64,000 nucleotides of DNA from Spartobacteria bacterium. Lineage in GTDB: Bacteria; Verrucomicrobiota; Verrucomicrobiia; Chthoniobacterales; UBA10450. This document shows, in pieces, positions 43,579 to 52,547 of the stretch. The notes beneath the pieces are model-generated. The model did not search any database and was not told the origin of the DNA. It saw only the letters and a program-made list of their open reading frames with translations. Position 1 is the stretch's first letter. Each line of letters begins with the position of its first letter. Location of the stretch: the NCBI GenBank assembly GCA_003169975.1, contig PNAA01000056.1, positions 3,123-67,122 on the forward strand, read 5' to 3'. The translations under genes were made by a program, and so were the position numbers.

Positions 43579-43935
43579 CTAACGAACATGGAAGCTAAAG
43601 CTTCCCTCCGTGACGTGAGTGTCAACCGAGACGACCCGCCAGACCACCTTGTAGGTTCCGGCCGCAAGCTGCGGCAGCGAAACCTGCAAAAGTGCCGGAT
43701 CGGCCCGATCGACGTGCACATCGCGTTTGTCCACTTCCTGCCCCGACGCCGCAAAGACCTGAATCTTGCTGAAGGCGGGCTCGACCTTTTCCGTAAACCA
43801 GATCTTAATTTCGTTAGGCGAAGCTTGCAGCGTGCTGCCGACACCCGGCTCCGCCTGCTGGAGAAAGGCGTGCGCCTCAAGCCGGGCCGCGCCGGCCAGC
43901 ACGAGGAAAAAAAGGAAAGCGAGAGAGCGCCTCAT
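43579..43935 (-). CDS. copC: CopC-family periplasmic copper-binding protein
   Basis: Signal peptide, then a mature N-terminus HAFLQQAEPG (His1 ligand) and ...GTYKVVWRVVSVDTHVTEGSFSF. Confidence 0.85.
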   Translation of the reverse strand: MRRSLAFLFFLVLAGAARLEAHAFLQQAEPGVGSTLQASPNEIKIWFTEKVEPAFSKIQVFAASGQEVDKRDVHVDRADPALLQVSLPQLAAGTYKVVWRVVSVDTHVTEGSFSFHVR

Positions 43936-44894
43936 TTGTTTCCCCCAAATAACTGCCGGCCCAGGCTGTGCGGGAAAATATCGTCGAGGTAAAAATGCAT
44001 TTGCGCAATCACGCCGACATTATTTCCCGTGCGTTCGTTGATCGGAACGATCGCCTCCACTCCAAACTGACAGTAATGGCCCGCCCAGATCACCCCGGGG
44101 TTGATGGTGCCGGTCGTTTGCCCGGCGGCGCCGCGGTCCAGCGGCGTTTCGAGCGCGAACTCGACGAGCGGGATCATTCGATCGAAGGGGGTGTGCCAGT
44201 GCATGTCCTGCACCTGCGATTGGAGGTATGGGATGCTGTATTCGAGGGCAAACCCCCACTCCAGGCTGTCAGGATGCCGCTCGATATCGATCGTGCGCGC
44301 GCCGGTCGCGTCGTCGATCGTCACGCTGCGCGTGCTGGCACTGGTCGGGACTTCGATCCCAACCAGCCCAGTGAGCGCGAAGGGCTTCAGGAATCGCACT
44401 GCATCGGGCAAATCGCCGAAGCCTTTGCCGAAAAAGATCCCCGGTGTCCAGGTGCTGAATGAATCGACGCCGACCGAGCGCAAGCCGGTGCCCCCGATTT
44501 CCGCATCCAGCCCGAGCGAGACAATCGCTTCGTGCGTGTCACTCTCCAGAATCCGATACTTCGCGCCCAGCTCGAGATTATCGAAACCATTCACGGCCTC
44601 TCCGTGATGCGGATTTAAGGCAGAGAAGGTCTCGCCGATTTCGATCCCGAAGTCGGCCGTGATGCGCTTGGCGATGTCGATCGAGACGTCGGTCGCGCGC
44701 GTTCCGCCGTCGTCCGGCGTCCTCATCGTGCTAATCGTCGGCAGTGAAAGTTCGTCGGCGATAAATGGATCATCGGTGGAAATGGTCGCCGGGAAAAAGC
44801 GCGGTCCGGCAAAGCCGTGGCCAAAGGCGCGGCTGGTTAGGCCGAGCTCGCAAAGGGCGCAAGCCAGCCAAAAAACTGAGATAAATTCTTTCAT
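43932..44894 (-). CDS. outer-membrane channel of the MetA-pathway/'transporter' beta-barrel family
   Basis: Signal peptide, then GHGFAGPRFFPATISTDDPF and ...TGTINPGVIWAG...VEAIVPI motifs typical of PF13557-like OM proteins. A fragment of a paralog lies at 10392-10505. Confidence 0.7.
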   Translation of the reverse strand: MKEFISVFWLACALCELGLTSRAFGHGFAGPRFFPATISTDDPFIADELSLPTISTMRTPDDGGTRATDVSIDIAKRITADFGIEIGETFSALNPHHGEAVNGFDNLELGAKYRILESDTHEAIVSLGLDAEIGGTGLRSVGVDSFSTWTPGIFFGKGFGDLPDAVRFLKPFALTGLVGIEVPTSASTRSVTIDDATGARTIDIERHPDSLEWGFALEYSIPYLQSQVQDMHWHTPFDRMIPLVEFALETPLDRGAAGQTTGTINPGVIWAGHYCQFGVEAIVPINERTGNNVGVIAQMHFYLDDIFPHSLGRQLFGGNK

Positions 44895-45013
44895 AAATTG
44901 TTCCTCAAGTGATGGGAGGGCGTCCGCGCCAGAGCGCGACGTTTCCCGGGTTGCGTAAGGGAAAGCTGCAGCCCGTACACCCGTACGGCGCAGCCGAGCC
45001 TAACGAGTGTGAG

Positions 45014-45394
45014 TTAACCCGGCAGCGCGCGAGGAGGAGGCACCGGCGGCGCTTGCGAGCGCTCCGGGATCGCGGAGTGCGTCCGCGGATAGTCGTAGGG
45101 CGTCCACAGCGGGAGCCAACTCAAGGTGCGCGTGATGCAAATGAGGTCCAGTTTTCCGGTCGTCTCCAGGATCTCGGATTTTTTCTCCGACTTCTGGCCG
45201 CTGGCGACCACGTGGCAAAGATCGCAGGGATGATTGCCGTCGAAAGTCCTGGCCACTGCTTCACTCAGTGGCACGTGGCACGCATTCTCCACCAGCATCG
45301 TCGTCCAGGCGACCGACTGCAAAGCGAGCCAATGCAGGCCTAACGAAAGGCAAAGGGCCAAAATCGTCGCAGCGCGTCCGATTTTCGAGATCAC
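45014..45394 (-). CDS. small membrane-anchored Cys/His protein (FDGNHPCDLCH motif), first gene of the copper cluster
   Basis: 126 aa, an N-terminal TM helix, then TFDGNHPCDLCHVV. I recall similar unnamed proteins in PVC genomes. Confidence 0.55.
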   Translation of the reverse strand: MISKIGRAATILALCLSLGLHWLALQSVAWTTMLVENACHVPLSEAVARTFDGNHPCDLCHVVASGQKSEKKSEILETTGKLDLICITRTLSWLPLWTPYDYPRTHSAIPERSQAPPVPPPRALPG

Positions 45395-45495
45395 GACCGA
45401 GCGTACGGCTCGGGCGCAAGAGCGTCAAACACCGGAAGGTAATTCGCTACGATTGGTCCGCGCGGCATTGACGCCCGCAGTTCCTCGGTCGCGGG

Positions 45496-47124
45496 TCAGG
45501 CCGAGGCGTGCGCAGGCGCGCCTGTCGGCAGAAAGACTGTGAAGGTGGCGCCTTCACCAGGGTCGCTGGCGACATCGATATACCCGTCGTGCAATAGCAC
45601 CATTTGCCGCACGATCGCCAGCCCGAGGCCGGTCCCGGCTTCTCCCGCGGTCGCTTTTGTGCTCCCCTGGAAATACTTGTCGAAGACGTGGGGCAAATCG
45701 TTTTCCGAAATGCCGGGGCCGGAATCCTTGACCCGGACGCGAACTCCCGCGTGGGCCGGTTCGATCGTCACCACAATGCTCCCGCCGGTCTGGGTGAACT
45801 TGACGGCGTTGGAGAGCAGATTGTTGAAGATCTGGGTGACCCGGAGGGCGTCGGCCCGGATGACCGGTTCGTCCGGCGCGACGTCGAGCTGGAAGTGAAT
45901 CTGCTTGGCATTGGCGTTGATCGCGAGGGGCTCCATCGATTGCCGCACCCGTTCGCTGATCCGAAAGTCGCTGTATTCAAGGCGCACTTCGTCGGCTGGC
46001 TGCAGCTTCGCGACGTCGAGCAGGCCGCGCACCATCGAAACCATCCGCCGCACCGAGTGGTCCATCATTTCGAGCAGGTCTTCTGCGGGCCGGCTGTTCT
46101 CTTCGCGCAGCGAGTCGACGACCAGGCGGAGGCCGGTGAGCGGGGAGGAGAGGTCGTGTGAAACGAAAGCGATCATCTCATCCTTGCGCCGGTTCACGTC
46201 GTCGAGACGGGCCTGAGTCGCAGCCCGTTCACGTTCGAGGTTGCTGACCGTCCCGACCGTCCAGCGGACCAGCGCGACGAACATCAAACTGAGGACGATG
46301 GCGAAGAGGGCCATGCCAAGGGCGTCTTCATAGTAGCCGTGGCGTTCGCCCCAGAGACAGAGCCAACCCAGAAAGAGGGTGAGCAAGACGGACGACGGGA
46401 GGAGGCGCCGGGCAATCACCCCGGCGGGGTCGTCGGAGGCGAAGATCTGCGCGAGCGGCGCTTCGGGGATGGCGAAAAAAAGACCAAAGGCCAGGACAAG
46501 GAAAGTGCCCGCGGTATGCATGGCCATCGGGATAAAGGAAGCGATGCCGGTGAAGAGGTGGACGCCGTAAGCGTATCCCGTGACGGGCAGAAGCGCGCCG
46601 AAGCCGACGAAAATCGCGCAAGCCTGGACGAGCCCGAGCCGGAGCATCGGGAACCCAAGGCCAAGCAGGGCCAGACCCGTAACGATAAAATTCACCGCGG
46701 TGTTGGGGGCCATACGGTTGGGCAATTGGTCGTGCAGGTCTTTCAGCTTGGAGGCGAACAACCATGTATCGACGTAGGGTGGCGCGATTTCGCGTAACCC
46801 GGCCAGTTTCGTTAGGCCAAACCAGACAACCAGCAGGGCCAGGATCCTTGTCACCCAGACGGCATGGCGAGAGTTCGGGAAGCCCAGAAAAATCGCGAGC
46901 GCCAGACCCGAGAAGATGAACAAGACCGCGGTGAGCGGGTTCATTGCGACGTAGCCCGCGATCGTTCGCTTGAGCGGTTCGATATCGAAGTGCCAGCCGA
47001 CCAGGACAAGCAGACCTACGCAGACTGCCACGCCGCCGGCCACCGCAGGCAACGCCCGCAACCCGGCGGGGAGCCGGGTGATTTCATTGACCGGGGGAGC
47101 CGACATCGGCCGTTTACCTATCAA
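45496..47124 (-). CDS. sensor histidine kinase with a polytopic (about 8 TM) N-terminal sensor domain
   Basis: H-box FVSHDLSSPLTGL, N-box NLLSNAVKF, G-boxes DSGPGI and GTGLGLAI. No cognate response regulator is adjacent. Confidence 0.85.
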   Translation of the reverse strand: MIGKRPMSAPPVNEITRLPAGLRALPAVAGGVAVCVGLLVLVGWHFDIEPLKRTIAGYVAMNPLTAVLFIFSGLALAIFLGFPNSRHAVWVTRILALLVVWFGLTKLAGLREIAPPYVDTWLFASKLKDLHDQLPNRMAPNTAVNFIVTGLALLGLGFPMLRLGLVQACAIFVGFGALLPVTGYAYGVHLFTGIASFIPMAMHTAGTFLVLAFGLFFAIPEAPLAQIFASDDPAGVIARRLLPSSVLLTLFLGWLCLWGERHGYYEDALGMALFAIVLSLMFVALVRWTVGTVSNLERERAATQARLDDVNRRKDEMIAFVSHDLSSPLTGLRLVVDSLREENSRPAEDLLEMMDHSVRRMVSMVRGLLDVAKLQPADEVRLEYSDFRISERVRQSMEPLAINANAKQIHFQLDVAPDEPVIRADALRVTQIFNNLLSNAVKFTQTGGSIVVTIEPAHAGVRVRVKDSGPGISENDLPHVFDKYFQGSTKATAGEAGTGLGLAIVRQMVLLHDGYIDVASDPGEGATFTVFLPTGAPAHASA

Positions 47125-47139
47125 GGCCTCCCAATTCTG

Positions 47140-47388
47140 TCAAACTGACGTACGGGTGACGGCGTCAACCCTTCCGGCGGGCACAGCTGACTTCGTTAGG
47201 CGCGCTGGAGATGAGCAAAGCCCGTCGCTTGGATCTCCCGAGGACTCGGCTTGCGATCCCTGGTGCAGCGCATTTCGACGGGGGAAACTCGACACGCCCT
47301 CGCACCAGTGTCGTTTCGTCTTAGCAAGCGACTTGCGCGCGCCGCAGACGTCGCAAATAAACATGAACGTCGACGCTTTGTGGGCCAT
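47140..47388 (-). CDS. possible small Cys-containing protein (82 aa); weak call
   Basis: Sits between 47399-47734 and the kinase with 10- and 15-nt gaps. The first ~40 codons have high GC3 (MAHKASTFMFICDVCGARKSL...HWCEG) and the rest looks non-coding. Confidence 0.25.
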   Translation of the reverse strand: MAHKASTFMFICDVCGARKSLAKTKRHWCEGVSSFPRRNALHQGSQAESSGDPSDGLCSSPARLTKSAVPAGRVDAVTRTSV

Positions 47389-47398
47389 GGCCGGGAGA

Positions 47399-47734
47399 CT
47401 AACGAGCTTCCCTCATCTGCATCGCGACGAATTTGTCCCGCCATTTGCTGACCGCTGCCGCGCAGGAAGCGCTGCGCGGCTCCGTCGGCGTGCGCTCTTC
47501 TTTCGCGAGGGGAAGCGGCGCGGCAAAAGCCCGCAAAAAAGTGCGACCGAAATCCGTTAATCGCTCGATCGAAACGGCCGGTTCGGTACGGTTGCCCTGG
47601 ATCGAGATCTCCACCAGACCGGCGGCGGCCATGCGTTGCACTTCCTCGCAGCCGCTGCTGCCGATGACTTGAAAACTTCGATCGCGTTGCTGGCCAGCGG
47701 CGACCAAGAGTTGATGTGCATAGACTAAGTTCAT
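47399..47734 (-). CDS. hypothetical protein (111 aa)
   Basis: ORF preceded by the only AT-rich stretch of the region (47810-47870). I recognise no family. Confidence 0.4.
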   Translation of the reverse strand: MNLVYAHQLLVAAGQQRDRSFQVIGSSGCEEVQRMAAAGLVEISIQGNRTEPAVSIERLTDFGRTFLRAFAAPLPLAKEERTPTEPRSASCAAAVSKWRDKFVAMQMREAR

Positions 47735-47820
47735 ACTGCCTCCTCCTCGATCCCGCCTGCGGCGTCGCGGGCGGATCGTTTGGCGAATCGGGAGATCGAT
47801 CGCCGGGCAAGATAACCCTG

Positions 47821-47950
47821 TTCAGCTTTTTACCTAATCACAAATAATTGAGTCGAGCGGGGATGCAATGGGCTTGCTTTCGCTGAAATGCGCAAGGGAA
47901 GAAATTGCTTGCCGGCCGCTGCGATGCGTCGGTAACTCCCACTCGCACTT
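47821..47950 (+). promoter_or_regulatory. diverged homolog of the 23320-23460 leader (possible degenerate c-di-AMP riboswitch)
   Basis: Starts with the same TTCAGCTT. It contains GAGCGGGGATGCAA and GCGTCGGTAACTCCCACTCGC where the first leader has AACGGGGGATCCAA and CCCGACAGCTAACCTCGCCAGC. It ends just before the paralogous permease ATG. Confidence 0.35.
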
Positions 47951-47953
47951 TTC

Positions 47954-49849
47954 ATGGCTGAACCGTTCATCGCAACTCCGGGCGTGCATCGCCCCCGTAA
48001 CGTTGACTGGAAACGCGCCGCCGCTTTGCTTTACGGCGATTGGGGCACGAGCAAGGCTTACGTCATCGGCCTCGCTTTTCTCGCCGCGGGGTTTTCTTCA
48101 TTGCCGATCATTCTCGCGGTGTGCGTTGTAACGGCACTGGTGGGTGTCAATTACATCGTCATCTGCCGCCATTTTCCCGACGGCGGCGGCGTTTATTCGG
48201 CCGCCCGATCACAGGGCCGACTGCTCGCAGTGGTAGGTGCCCTGCTTTTGCTGGCGGATCTGACGGTGACGGCGGCGCTTAGCGGCTGGGCCGGCTTGAG
48301 TTACATCACTTCCGGCGCGGAACAGGTCGTCTGGATCAAGATGGTGCGCGATCACATCGGGCTGACCACGATCGCAGTGTTGATTATTATGGGCTGGCTC
48401 AATTATTTCGGGCCAAGGCACAGCGGAAGCCTGGCCGTCGTGCTGTCCGTTCCGACGGCGGTCGTTGTTTTGGTGCTGATTGGCGTCAGCGCACCGCATT
48501 TGACAACGCAATTTCTCGAGCCGCGACACCAACATTTCTCCGCGCTTTGGGTGCAGTTTGTCGGCGTGATTCTGGCGCTCTCCGGCGCGGAATCGATCGC
48601 CAATCTGACAGGGGTCATGAAGCTCGATCGCGGTTCTACGATGGACAAGCCAAGCGTCGCGCGCACCTCGTTGCAGGCGATCCTGCCGGTGGCAATTGAA
48701 GTCGTCGCCGGCACGGCCTTGCTCGGATGGGCGATGCTTTCGTTGCCGAGTGTTCTCCCCCAGACGCTGCACCTCACAGACAAACTCCAGATTCGGGCGG
48801 CAATGGGAGCGCGCAACGAAGACATGCTCCGCTTTATCGGTGAGCAGTTCGGCACGGCGACCGTGTCTCCATGGTTCGGCGTCATGTTCGGCTGGGTCGT
48901 CGGCATTGTTTTCTTCTTCCTCCTGGTGAGTGCGGCGAATACCGCCATCGTCGCGATGATCGGCCTGCTTTTCATGATGGCGCGCGACGGCGAAATGCCG
49001 CGGCAATTCACGAGGCTGAATAAGCATGGCGTCCCGATCTATCCCCTCCTCATCGCAGTCGGCATTCCCTCACTGGTATTGCTGACGGCAACCGGTTTTA
49101 CCTCGCTCGCTGGGCTCTACGCGATTGGGGTGGTGGGAGCGATCGCGGTCAATGTCGGCTCTTGCGCTCTCAATCGAACAGCCGGGTTTACTTGGTACGA
49201 CCGCGTGCTTTTCGGGATCACGTTCGTCATTCTTTTTCTGGTTGAGCTGACGTTGGCGCACAGCAAACCGGATGCACTTTTCTTCGTCATGTGCGTCCTC
49301 CTCGGCGGCTTGGCCTTGCGCGCCTACACGCTCAAGCGGCAGGGCCTAACGACACTGACTGTGACCAGGGAGGTCGCCGATATGGTGTCGCCGGAAACAC
49401 TTGCGGCGTTTGAACCGCGGCTCGAGGAAGGCACCAAAATCATGGTCGCGGCACGCGGCGTCACGCCCGTCCTGAACTTTGCCCTCGAAGAGGCGGAGCT
49501 GCGCAAGGCGGTGCTCTGCGTTCTTTACGTGCGAGAAATCGCCGTATATTTCTCCGGAGGGCCGGCGACTCTCGGGCGGGTGAGATGGCAGGACGACCCG
49601 GTTGCGCAGGCGATCATGTCGTCGATGCTGAAACAGGGGCAGGACCGCGGCGTTTGTGTATTGCCGGTCTACGCGGTCAGCGAGGATGCCGCCGCGACCA
49701 TCCTCGATCTGTCGGCGACGATGGGTGTCGATTACCTGATCATCGGCACGTCGCAACGCAGCACGCTGGCACAGCTGTTGGGCGGGAGCCTGGTCACAAG
49801 GGTCGCGGCGGAATTACCCGACACAATACGACTCGTGATATTTGGTTAG
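47954..49849 (+). CDS. APC-superfamily permease with C-terminal USP-like domain (paralog of 23466-25337)
   Basis: 631 aa with the same motifs (LLYGDWGTSKAYVIGLAF, FPDGGGVYSAA, LSGAESIANLTGVM) and a USP-like tail. Confidence 0.8.
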   Translation: MAEPFIATPGVHRPRNVDWKRAAALLYGDWGTSKAYVIGLAFLAAGFSSLPIILAVCVVTALVGVNYIVICRHFPDGGGVYSAARSQGRLLAVVGALLLLADLTVTAALSGWAGLSYITSGAEQVVWIKMVRDHIGLTTIAVLIIMGWLNYFGPRHSGSLAVVLSVPTAVVVLVLIGVSAPHLTTQFLEPRHQHFSALWVQFVGVILALSGAESIANLTGVMKLDRGSTMDKPSVARTSLQAILPVAIEVVAGTALLGWAMLSLPSVLPQTLHLTDKLQIRAAMGARNEDMLRFIGEQFGTATVSPWFGVMFGWVVGIVFFFLLVSAANTAIVAMIGLLFMMARDGEMPRQFTRLNKHGVPIYPLLIAVGIPSLVLLTATGFTSLAGLYAIGVVGAIAVNVGSCALNRTAGFTWYDRVLFGITFVILFLVELTLAHSKPDALFFVMCVLLGGLALRAYTLKRQGLTTLTVTREVADMVSPETLAAFEPRLEEGTKIMVAARGVTPVLNFALEEAELRKAVLCVLYVREIAVYFSGGPATLGRVRWQDDPVAQAIMSSMLKQGQDRGVCVLPVYAVSEDAAATILDLSATMGVDYLIIGTSQRSTLAQLLGGSLVTRVAAELPDTIRLVIFG

Positions 49850-49868
49850 ATCGCCTCCACCTTTACGT

Positions 49869-51461
49869 GTGAGCGCGCCCAAGGTCTTAATCGCTGATTC
49901 GATTTCCCAGAGAGGAATCGATGAGCTCGCGGCCGGCGCGGCGCTGGACGTCACCGTGCACACCGGCTTGAGCGAAGCGGAATTGGTGAAGTTGATTCCC
50001 GAGTTCAGCGCACTCGTGGTGCGCAGCCAGACAAAGGTGACGGCCCCGATTTTGCAGGCGGGTAAGCGCTTGCGCGTCGTCGGCCGCGCCGGCGTCGGGG
50101 TCGACAACGTCGATGTCGAGACCGCGACGCGGCGCGGGGTGATCGTGATGAACACGCCGGGCGGCAACACGATCTCGACCACGGAGCACGCTTTCTCGCT
50201 TCTCCTCTCCGTCGCGCGCAGGATTCCGCAGGCGCATTCGAATCTGCAATCCGGCAAATGGGACCGGAAGCAATTCGAAGGCACGGAGCTTTACAACAAA
50301 ACGCTGGGCATCATCGGCATGGGCCGGATCGGCTCGGAGCTGAGCCGCCGCGCCATCGCCTTCGGGATGCGCGTGCTGGCCTACGATCCATATCTTTCCT
50401 CGAGCCGGGCGCGCTCGCTCCAGGTGGAGCTGGTCGAGGAACTCGATGAGCTTTTGCCGTTGGCGGATTTTCTTACCCTCCACACGCCGCTCACCCCGGA
50501 AACGCATCATCTGCTGAACGCCGTGCGCCTAACGAAAACGAAACGTGGCGTGCGCCTGATCAATTGCGCGCGCGGCGGCTTGATCGACGAAGCGGCGCTC
50601 GTTGAATCGTTAGGCACCGGCCAGGTGGCGGGCGCGGCGCTCGATGTTTTCGAGAAGGAACCGCTGCCGGCCGACTCGCCCCTGCGCGGCATTCCAAACC
50701 TGATTCTCACTCCGCATCTCGGCGCCTCGACGGTCGAGGCGCAGGAAAGCGTCGGGATCGAAATCGCCCAGGCGATTCGCGCGGCGCTCCTCGAAGGGAC
50801 GATCCGGAACGCGATCAACATGCCGAACCTCGACGCGAAAACGCTCGCGATTGTCGGGCCCCATTTGCGTTTCGGTGAAAAGCTCGGGCGGTTCTTGTCG
50901 CAAGTTTCACCTAAGCGGGTCGAAAATTTGCACATCAACTACAGCGGCAAGGTGAACGAAGTCGACACGACCGCGATCACGCGCTCGATCCTGAAAGGCT
51001 TTCTCCGCCTCGCCGGCGGCGACGACGTCAACGAAGTCAACGCGCCCGCGTTTGCCGAGACGTTAGGCATCAAGGTGAGCGAATCCCGTCTCAGCGCGCC
51101 GGGCGATTACACCGATCTGCTCGAGTTGACGGCGGAGGCGGAAGGAAAAACTCTCTCCGTGGCGGGCGCATTCTTTGGCGCGACACCGCGCATTGTGAGC
51201 ATCAACAGCCGGCCGGTGGAAGCGCGACCGCATGGCGTCCTGCTGGTGCTCGAAAACACCGACCGCCCGGGCATGGTCGGACGCATAGGCACCCTCCTCG
51301 GCTCGCACGGCGTCAACATCGCGACCATGTCGCTCAGTCGAAACCAGGAGGGTGGCCGGGCACTGACCGTCTTGAATCTCGACACCGCACCGCCGCCCGA
51401 GTTGCTCGCCGAGATCGCCGCGAGCGACGACATTCAGAGCGCGCAGGTGGTGGAGTTGTAG
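49869..51461 (+). CDS. serA: D-3-phosphoglycerate dehydrogenase with ACT domain
   Basis: KVLIADSIS..., NAD-binding motif GIIGMGRIGS, and a C-terminal ACT domain. I prefer the GTG at 49869 over the track start at 49842, which overlaps the upstream gene. Confidence 0.9.
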   Translation: MSAPKVLIADSISQRGIDELAAGAALDVTVHTGLSEAELVKLIPEFSALVVRSQTKVTAPILQAGKRLRVVGRAGVGVDNVDVETATRRGVIVMNTPGGNTISTTEHAFSLLLSVARRIPQAHSNLQSGKWDRKQFEGTELYNKTLGIIGMGRIGSELSRRAIAFGMRVLAYDPYLSSSRARSLQVELVEELDELLPLADFLTLHTPLTPETHHLLNAVRLTKTKRGVRLINCARGGLIDEAALVESLGTGQVAGAALDVFEKEPLPADSPLRGIPNLILTPHLGASTVEAQESVGIEIAQAIRAALLEGTIRNAINMPNLDAKTLAIVGPHLRFGEKLGRFLSQVSPKRVENLHINYSGKVNEVDTTAITRSILKGFLRLAGGDDVNEVNAPAFAETLGIKVSESRLSAPGDYTDLLELTAEAEGKTLSVAGAFFGATPRIVSINSRPVEARPHGVLLVLENTDRPGMVGRIGTLLGSHGVNIATMSLSRNQEGGRALTVLNLDTAPPPELLAEIAASDDIQSAQVVEL

Positions 51462-51509
51462 GCGCATAAAACCGTTGCCCTCTCGGCACGCGATTCCTAG
51501 GATCAAAAG

Positions 51510-51764
51510 ATGGGCGCATTTCTCTGGACACTCATTATTGGTCTCGTCGTCGGGGCGATCGCGAAACTGCTCATGCCGGGGAAAGATCCCGGCGGTTGCA
51601 TCATCACGATTCTGCTCGGAATCGCGGGGGCCTTTGTCGCGGGCTACCTCGGCCGCGTACTCGGCTGGTATCAGCCTGGGCAGCCGGCCGGGTTCATCGC
51701 CTCGGTCATTGGCGCGATGCTGCTCCTGCTGATTTATCGGATCATTGCCGGCAAGCGCAGTTGA
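51510..51764 (+). CDS. GlsB/YeaQ/YmgE-family stress membrane protein
   Basis: 84 aa. LIIGLVVGAIAKLLMPGKDPGG...ILLGIAGAFVAGYLG is the family signature. Confidence 0.85.
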   Translation: MGAFLWTLIIGLVVGAIAKLLMPGKDPGGCIITILLGIAGAFVAGYLGRVLGWYQPGQPAGFIASVIGAMLLLLIYRIIAGKRS

Positions 51765-51918
51765 GCGCCTAACGAATTAGCTGGAGGGACGGCGCCTTGT
51801 CCCGCCCCCGGTTCCAAATTGGCAACGAAGGATTCCTCGTCCATGTTATACCATCGTCGCTTTGGCGTTTCGCCTGCCGAGCGGCCCCGCAAACAAATCT
51901 TAACTGGAGAACATACCC

Positions 51919-52422
51919 ATGCTCACGAGCAAAAAAGTGGTCAACGCGATCAACAAGCAGATTGGCAACGAGTTTGGCGCGTCCCTGCAGTATGTCGCGA
52001 TCGCGGCCTACTTCTCGGGGGACGCGCTCCCGCAGCTGGCCGAACATTTTTATCGTCAGGCCGCCGAAGAGAACGATCACGCGATGCGTTTCATCAAATA
52101 CGTGGTCGACGCCGGCGGTCGGGTGGTTATTCCCGCAATCGCCGCGCCGCAACCGACCTTTAAGAATGCCCAAGAAGCGATCAAGCTTTCGCTCGACCAG
52201 GAAGTCGAAGTGACGCACCAGATCAACGCGCTGGTGGAATTGGCGCGCTCGGAGAACGATTTTATCACGAACAATTTTCTCCAATGGTTCCTGACCGAGC
52301 AGCTCGAGGAAGTCTCCTCGATGGACACGCTCCTCAAGATCGTGCAGCGGGGCGCCAATAATCTCCTGAGCGTGGAGGAATATCTGGCGCGGGTCGGCGT
52401 CAAGGGCGCAGGGCCGTCTTAA
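51919..52422 (+). CDS. ferritin (non-haem, Ftn-type)
   Basis: 167 aa. NKQIGNEFGASLQYVAIAAYF...EENDHAMRFIKY...QEVEVT ferroxidase-centre residues. Confidence 0.9.
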   Translation: MLTSKKVVNAINKQIGNEFGASLQYVAIAAYFSGDALPQLAEHFYRQAAEENDHAMRFIKYVVDAGGRVVIPAIAAPQPTFKNAQEAIKLSLDQEVEVTHQINALVELARSENDFITNNFLQWFLTEQLEEVSSMDTLLKIVQRGANNLLSVEEYLARVGVKGAGPS

Positions 52423-52434
52423 ACTGTCCCCTGC

Positions 52435-52540
52435 TGTAGCCGCCGCCCTGTGGGCGGCGTGGGTATGGGTTTAGCAGCGGGGAGAGACTCTCGCAGGAAC
52501 GGCGTCGATACCCGCGCTTCGCACAGCGAAGCGGCTACGG
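52435..52540. repeat. REP/MITE-like intergenic element, copy B (partner of 5035-5121)
   Basis: TGTAGCCGC...GCGGCTACG termini. Hairpins CGCCGCCC-TGTG-GGCGGCG (52441-52459) and CGCTTCGC-ACAG-CGAAGCG (52514-52532). Confidence 0.6.
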
Positions 52541-52547
52541 CCTGCCG

